Shown here: positions 60,021 through 64,000 of the stretch, piece by piece
How positions within the stretch are numbered: the first letter of the stretch is position 1
Layout: every line of letters starts with the position of its first letter
Virus record (IMG/VR): IMGVR_UViG_3300026158_000083
Span: 9,691 to 73,690 of that record
DNA from: a virus
Taxonomy: Duplodnaviria > Caudoviricetes
Direction: 5' to 3' (one strand)
Length of the DNA stretch: 64,000 nt
The notes under the pieces: generated by a model
What the model saw: the letters and a program-made list of their open reading frames with translations, nothing else
Databases searched by the model: none
What the model was told of the DNA's origin: nothing
Translations under genes and position numbers: made by a program

Positions 60021-60097
60021 GCACCTCACTGTGGTAATGTTTGCGGTGGCTAAGTCCCACCTCAGAGCCGCACTCGCACAATGCGGCTCGACAGGTG

Positions 60098-60787
60098 CTA
60101 CTCAACCTTGTGATGCAATCGCCACAGCCGATACTGAAAGGCCAGTTCCGCCTGCAACGTGCTGCGGTAACTCATGCCGCCCCGCAACATCAGCATCTCG
60201 GCGACCACCGTGCGGGCCATGTCAAGACCCGCGATGATGTTCTTGTAGACCAGATTATTGTCGTAACCGACGCGCTCCTTGGCCTCTGGCGTGCCGCGCT
60301 CCGCGCGTTCGCCGATCAGCTTGAACGCGTTGAAGGCCCGTTCAATGATGGGACTCGTGTCCTCGGCAATGAGCGCAACCATGTCGCGCGTCTGGCGATA
60401 GGTGGCCCATTGCACCTGGTTGTTGTCGTACTCGTTGGCGGAGTAGGTGAGTTCCTTTGCCAGCGCAAAGTCGATGTCCGGCATGAAACTCTCCATGCGG
60501 TAGAGGTACGCGGTGGCCGTTTGCATCAGGCTGTTGCGGCTCACATGCACCTGACGCATCAGGCGATAAGTGCTTACCGTGGTCAGATAATATGATTCAT
60601 GGTCGTCGTAGCCATGGCAGACGTAGAGATCGCCGTAGTTGCTCAGGATTTCAAAAACCTGTTCATCTCTGGCTACGTGGTAGAAATCCTTCTTGTTTTC
60701 ATTCCACTTGCCCGGCATCCAGCTGCCGTCAGCGTGCGCCGTCGGCAGACTCGCACCATCATCCGGATCATACTTCACAAAATACAT
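60098..60787 (-). CDS. Hypothetical phage protein
   Basis: 229-aa ORF with GGAGG SD; WMPGKW...YHV motif. Confidence 0.6.
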   Translation of the reverse strand: MYFVKYDPDDGASLPTAHADGSWMPGKWNENKKDFYHVARDEQVFEILSNYGDLYVCHGYDDHESYYLTTVSTYRLMRQVHVSRNSLMQTATAYLYRMESFMPDIDFALAKELTYSANEYDNNQVQWATYRQTRDMVALIAEDTSPIIERAFNAFKLIGERAERGTPEAKERVGYDNNLVYKNIIAGLDMARTVVAEMLMLRGGMSYRSTLQAELAFQYRLWRLHHKVE

Positions 60788-60906
60788 TTGGCACCTCCAG
60801 TTTTAGCTACCCGTTGACAGACGCTGAATTACCACGTCCTATTTCGCCCGCGTCTACGATGTTGCACTCACGCAGGCGAACGCACCGGCCCTAAAGGACA
60901 CCGGTC

Positions 60907-61170
60907 TCAACGCGCCGCACGCCGAATCGCCGCCATGCTGCGACCCAAGCCGTCTTTCATGTTGCCGCGATACACCTCATCCACATGCCAAGGATTCGTG
61001 TATGGACGGCACACTACAAAGCTGCCGTCCATGCTAACGTGCGAGGCTAAGCGCAAGCTCAGGGACTTCAGCCGCATCACCAACGCAGCCTCAAAGTCCG
61101 CCACTTCCCGCGCGACGTAGTACGTCGGCGCGGGCTGCTTGTACTGCGGCCAAGTGCGATTTACGATCAT
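60907..61170 (-). CDS. Hypothetical protein
   Basis: GAGGTGAGG SD, 87 aa. Confidence 0.5.
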   Translation of the reverse strand: MIVNRTWPQYKQPAPTYYVAREVADFEAALVMRLKSLSLRLASHVSMDGSFVVCRPYTNPWHVDEVYRGNMKDGLGRSMAAIRRAAR

Positions 61171-61181
61171 GCCTCACCTCT

Positions 61182-61553
61182 CTAATCCGTCGTTTTGCAC
61201 CAGTCTACGCGTTCACTGTAATAGCCGTTGCTCTCGCCGTACCAGCGAATCGTCACGTAGCCCTTGATTGTGGCGAGCTTGTAAAACGTCCATGTGCAGC
61301 TGTCGCTGTAATCACCATCGGGATAGTGATTGGTTGCTTCTTCGGCCAGAAGAACCGGCTGGCCGACAATTCTGTCCAAGTCGCCGCAGATGTCGGAAAT
61401 GCTGACTCTTTCACAGCAGTCCTGGTTGTGGTAGAGCATGTAGGTGCTGCCGTCTTCGATGGTGAAGTACATCTCATCATGATCGTCGTTAACCGTCACC
61501 TTCGTGATCGTGTGACCACGAAGGTCCTCAAAGGACTTAAGTTCGTCGCTCAT
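61182..61553 (-). CDS. Conserved phage protein with HxQDCCE motif (DUF7448-like)
   Basis: YHNQDCCERVSISDICGDL...TWTFYKLATIKGYVTIRWYGESNGYYSE. Confidence 0.7.
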   Translation of the reverse strand: MSDELKSFEDLRGHTITKVTVNDDHDEMYFTIEDGSTYMLYHNQDCCERVSISDICGDLDRIVGQPVLLAEEATNHYPDGDYSDSCTWTFYKLATIKGYVTIRWYGESNGYYSERVDWCKTTD

Positions 61554-61710
61554 GTAATCCCCCTTGTGTGGTATTACTGCCCGCATTGGCAGTTGGCTGC
61601 CCGTAAGCTTACCCCTGTCGGCTTACGCTTTGTCACATGGTTGTCGGGGTGGACTAGCAGCCAACTGCTAATGATGACAGGCGGTTTTCCGTCATGCCCA
61701 GGACGATCCC

Positions 61711-63110
61711 TCAACCGCGATCCGCAGACATACCGTCTACTTCGCCATTGTTGTCTTCATACCACGGCGATGCAACGTCCCATTTCCTGTCGTCCTCTAC
61801 AATGGCAATCAAGCGCGTGTGCCATAATGACTGCGACACACCAATGTTTTTGGCAATGTATGCCTCGGCATCTTGACGCGCGTGAAATTCAAGCCACTTT
61901 ACGCCACCGCCAACCCACGCCTTCACTAGCCATTGCTCCATTTTGCCCTCCCTCAACGCACTACTAACGGCAGATACTGCACGCCGCCAGCTGTCCAAGT
62001 GATCGACCAACCAATCTCGCCATTCCATTCCCGAAACAGCAAAATTAGATGGAGGCCCAAAACATTCTGCGGTGCCCAAGCGCTATGCTGTCGCTGAGCT
62101 TGTTCCGCTGCCGGTCAGCCAGTCTCCACTGATGACTGAGTTTATACCACTGTGCAGCAGCGTAGCGACGACCGCGCGCCGCACGTCGCTCACGTCGGTT
62201 GATGATTTCCATCGTCATACCTCCTTCGTTAGCCGGTACAACACGGCTGACCGCTTGACCTCAAACTCCGCATGGGTCACAACCTTCACCGCGCGCCGTG
62301 ATAGACGCACGTCCGCAATGGCCGCAGCAACAACCACTGCCGCGGCAGACAACAGAACCAGCGTAATCATCTTCCACCTCTCTGTGTGTCATCAGCGCCA
62401 TCCTGGGTCATGTGACCCTTACCCTGCCCCACCAGATGACGCCTTTCGGCAGGATTGGTCCCGCCTCGCAGCAGGACCGCTTGTCTTACACTACGGACAC
62501 AATTACCAGTCGCTCAACCGCAGCGCGTCCGTAGAAACCAAGATTCAAGACACCCTTTTCAATCTTGATCACAATGCCAGCATCACCACTGTGGAACGCT
62601 GGCAGACGCCGATACACAGACGGCAATAGTTTCACTGGATTGCCAGTGTGCCTGCGCCCCATCTCGCTAATCGCAGCATCGTCTACCTCAGCCTCAATTA
62701 CTTCTACCGCAACAGAAGTCCGCCACTTGCGCGCTCGCGCTATGTAGGCAGGATCAGTCGTAAACCATAACTCCTGCCTGTTCAATCCCCTGCCCTTGCC
62801 TTGAATACGATAGACGTGCATGATACACCTCTCAATGGCAGCCGCAGCTACCATCATTCCCGCAGCGACAGCTACCACCGCAGCGACGCGCAGCAGTAAC
62901 CGGCACGTCCTGACATTCGATGCGCGCTGGCGCAGACTCAACCGCAGACACAGACGCAGCCTTACTTCCACGGTAGATCAGCACGTCCTCTACCATGTGA
63001 TCCTCTGTCCACGCCCGCGCCTGCTCCTCTGTCCCAAAAACAATGGCGTGAAATAAGCCGTCATCTTTGGGTTCGCCAAAGTACTTGAACAACACGATCC
63101 ATTTTTCCAT
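61711..63110 (-). other. Distal early-region small ORFs (including 62486-62821 and 62832-63110)
   Basis: SD-preceded ORFs, some under 60 aa and absent from the track. Confidence 0.5.
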
Positions 63111-63219
63111 GTGTCACTCTCCTTGTGTATGGTTGTGATTACCTGTGGATTCGTTGTGAGAACTTGTGGAAACTTGTGGAATTGCACCGTTATTGGGAAT
63201 CGTTCGCAGTAAGACAACA

Positions 63220-64000
63220 TAACCGTATGATTGTGTCGGTATACAGTCATACGGTTGCCCTCGCCCGTGTCATCCGTTTACGTAAAAAAAGATACACAAC
63301 GAGTTACCGCCAACCTTTTAGACGCGACCCAAACATAGTCGCGTCTAATGGGTTGTCGATAACCAGCGGGGACTCATCTAGGCGATGAAACGCTGGTCGA
63401 AGCTTAGTGGCCGCGCCGTTCGGGTTGCTAAGCCGTACTAGGCGTGCTGGTCGTGGAGCCGCGCGGACGTACCGTGGGGACGTGCCAGTAGGGAACCATT
63501 CGCGTAGCGGCTGCTAATCCGTGGGGCCGGGGAGAGGCGCTTATACGCGTTCACCCACCGCTTGCTACTAGCCCTATCGTGCCATGTATGGACGTTGCAC
63601 ACCCTCAGGGCTTATGACACGGTGTAAAGTTCTACGGCGTGGGCTCCTTTTTGTCGTCGGCACCAATTGTCGTCATGTGTGGTGTACCGATCAGTAGGTC
63701 AGAAAGGCATTTCCCGTTCCCCTGGTGTCCCTGTGCCTCTCCCATTCCGCCGCTCACCTCAGCCGCCTAAGGTCGCAATGCGCGCTGTCCAATTGTAAAT
63801 GTGCTTTACTGCTAGGCTCTGTCCTTCGCCACCGGTCACGCACCCACATTAGTCATGGGTGTCCGGTTGCTATGTCCTAGTCAGCCCCATGGTTGCGCAC
63901 TATCCTAATGGATAGCGGTCGTGACCGACGTGCTACTGCCGGTCATGGGGGTGGATGCATCACTCTCATGATACGTCCACCCCCATGACGTACAATCGCT
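63220..64000. other. Apparently non-coding region rich in inverted repeats
   Basis: Stems at 63224-63255, about 63318-63349, 63362-63397, 63833-63927, and a perfect 14-bp stem at 63942-63955/63976-63989. Confidence 0.6.

Noticed and set aside
280-63388. Many antisense or overlapping ORFs in the track (e.g. 280-795 minus, 9420-10031 minus, 35901-36596 plus, 50692-51330 plus, 62072-62629 plus)
   Set aside because: They shadow well-supported genes on the other strand or frame, lack SD sites and show no domain motifs.
63362-63397. Hammerhead-like GATGAGTCC/GAAAC words
   Set aside because: The CUGAUGA core is absent and the words lie on opposite strands; it is a simple hairpin.
1-64000. tRNA, tmRNA or rRNA genes
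   Set aside because: No cloverleaf with T-loop and D-loop consensus was recognised in intergenic gaps by eye; tRNAscan-SE or ARAGORN would settle it.

Overview
The window is about 64 kb of a tailed dsDNA phage or prophage with siphovirus-like organisation. It has two convergent arms. The plus-strand late arm (1-30186) carries an M23 peptidase fragment, putative head/neck proteins, tail tube, a tail assembly chaperone with a -1 frameshift, a 1743-aa tape measure protein, baseplate and fibre genes, and a lysis-type cassette. The minus-strand early arm (30183-63110) carries replication genes (DnaB-like helicase, TOPRIM primase, initiator), an RNA ligase, recombination and anti-defence-type genes, and many small ORFs. 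Thr/Pro linkers, C-terminal YLPL-type tails and a characteristic TIM-barrel domain point to a Chloroflexota host (inference). The main finding is a 7.6-kb glycosylation cassette (4464-12100) inserted between the head-tail connector and the head-closure gene. It encodes a GT4-GT2-GT2 fusion, two more GT2 enzymes, a PseB-like 4,6-dehydratase, a DegT/PseC-like aminotransferase, a PseH-like acetyltransferase, a methyltransferase and a DUF1360-like protein. This looks like a self-contained rare-sugar synthesis and transfer system, probably for virion glycosylation. Other notable items are a membrane-anchored caspase-like (CHAT) protease next to the holin-like gene, a repeated stop/SD/start junction that links small early genes, tandem Cys-rich paralogues beside an M28-like peptidase, and a RimK-like ATP-grasp ligase with two GNATs. 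No integrase, terminase, portal, major capsid, tRNA or CRISPR array was recognised. All family calls come from motifs read by eye; no database searches were run.
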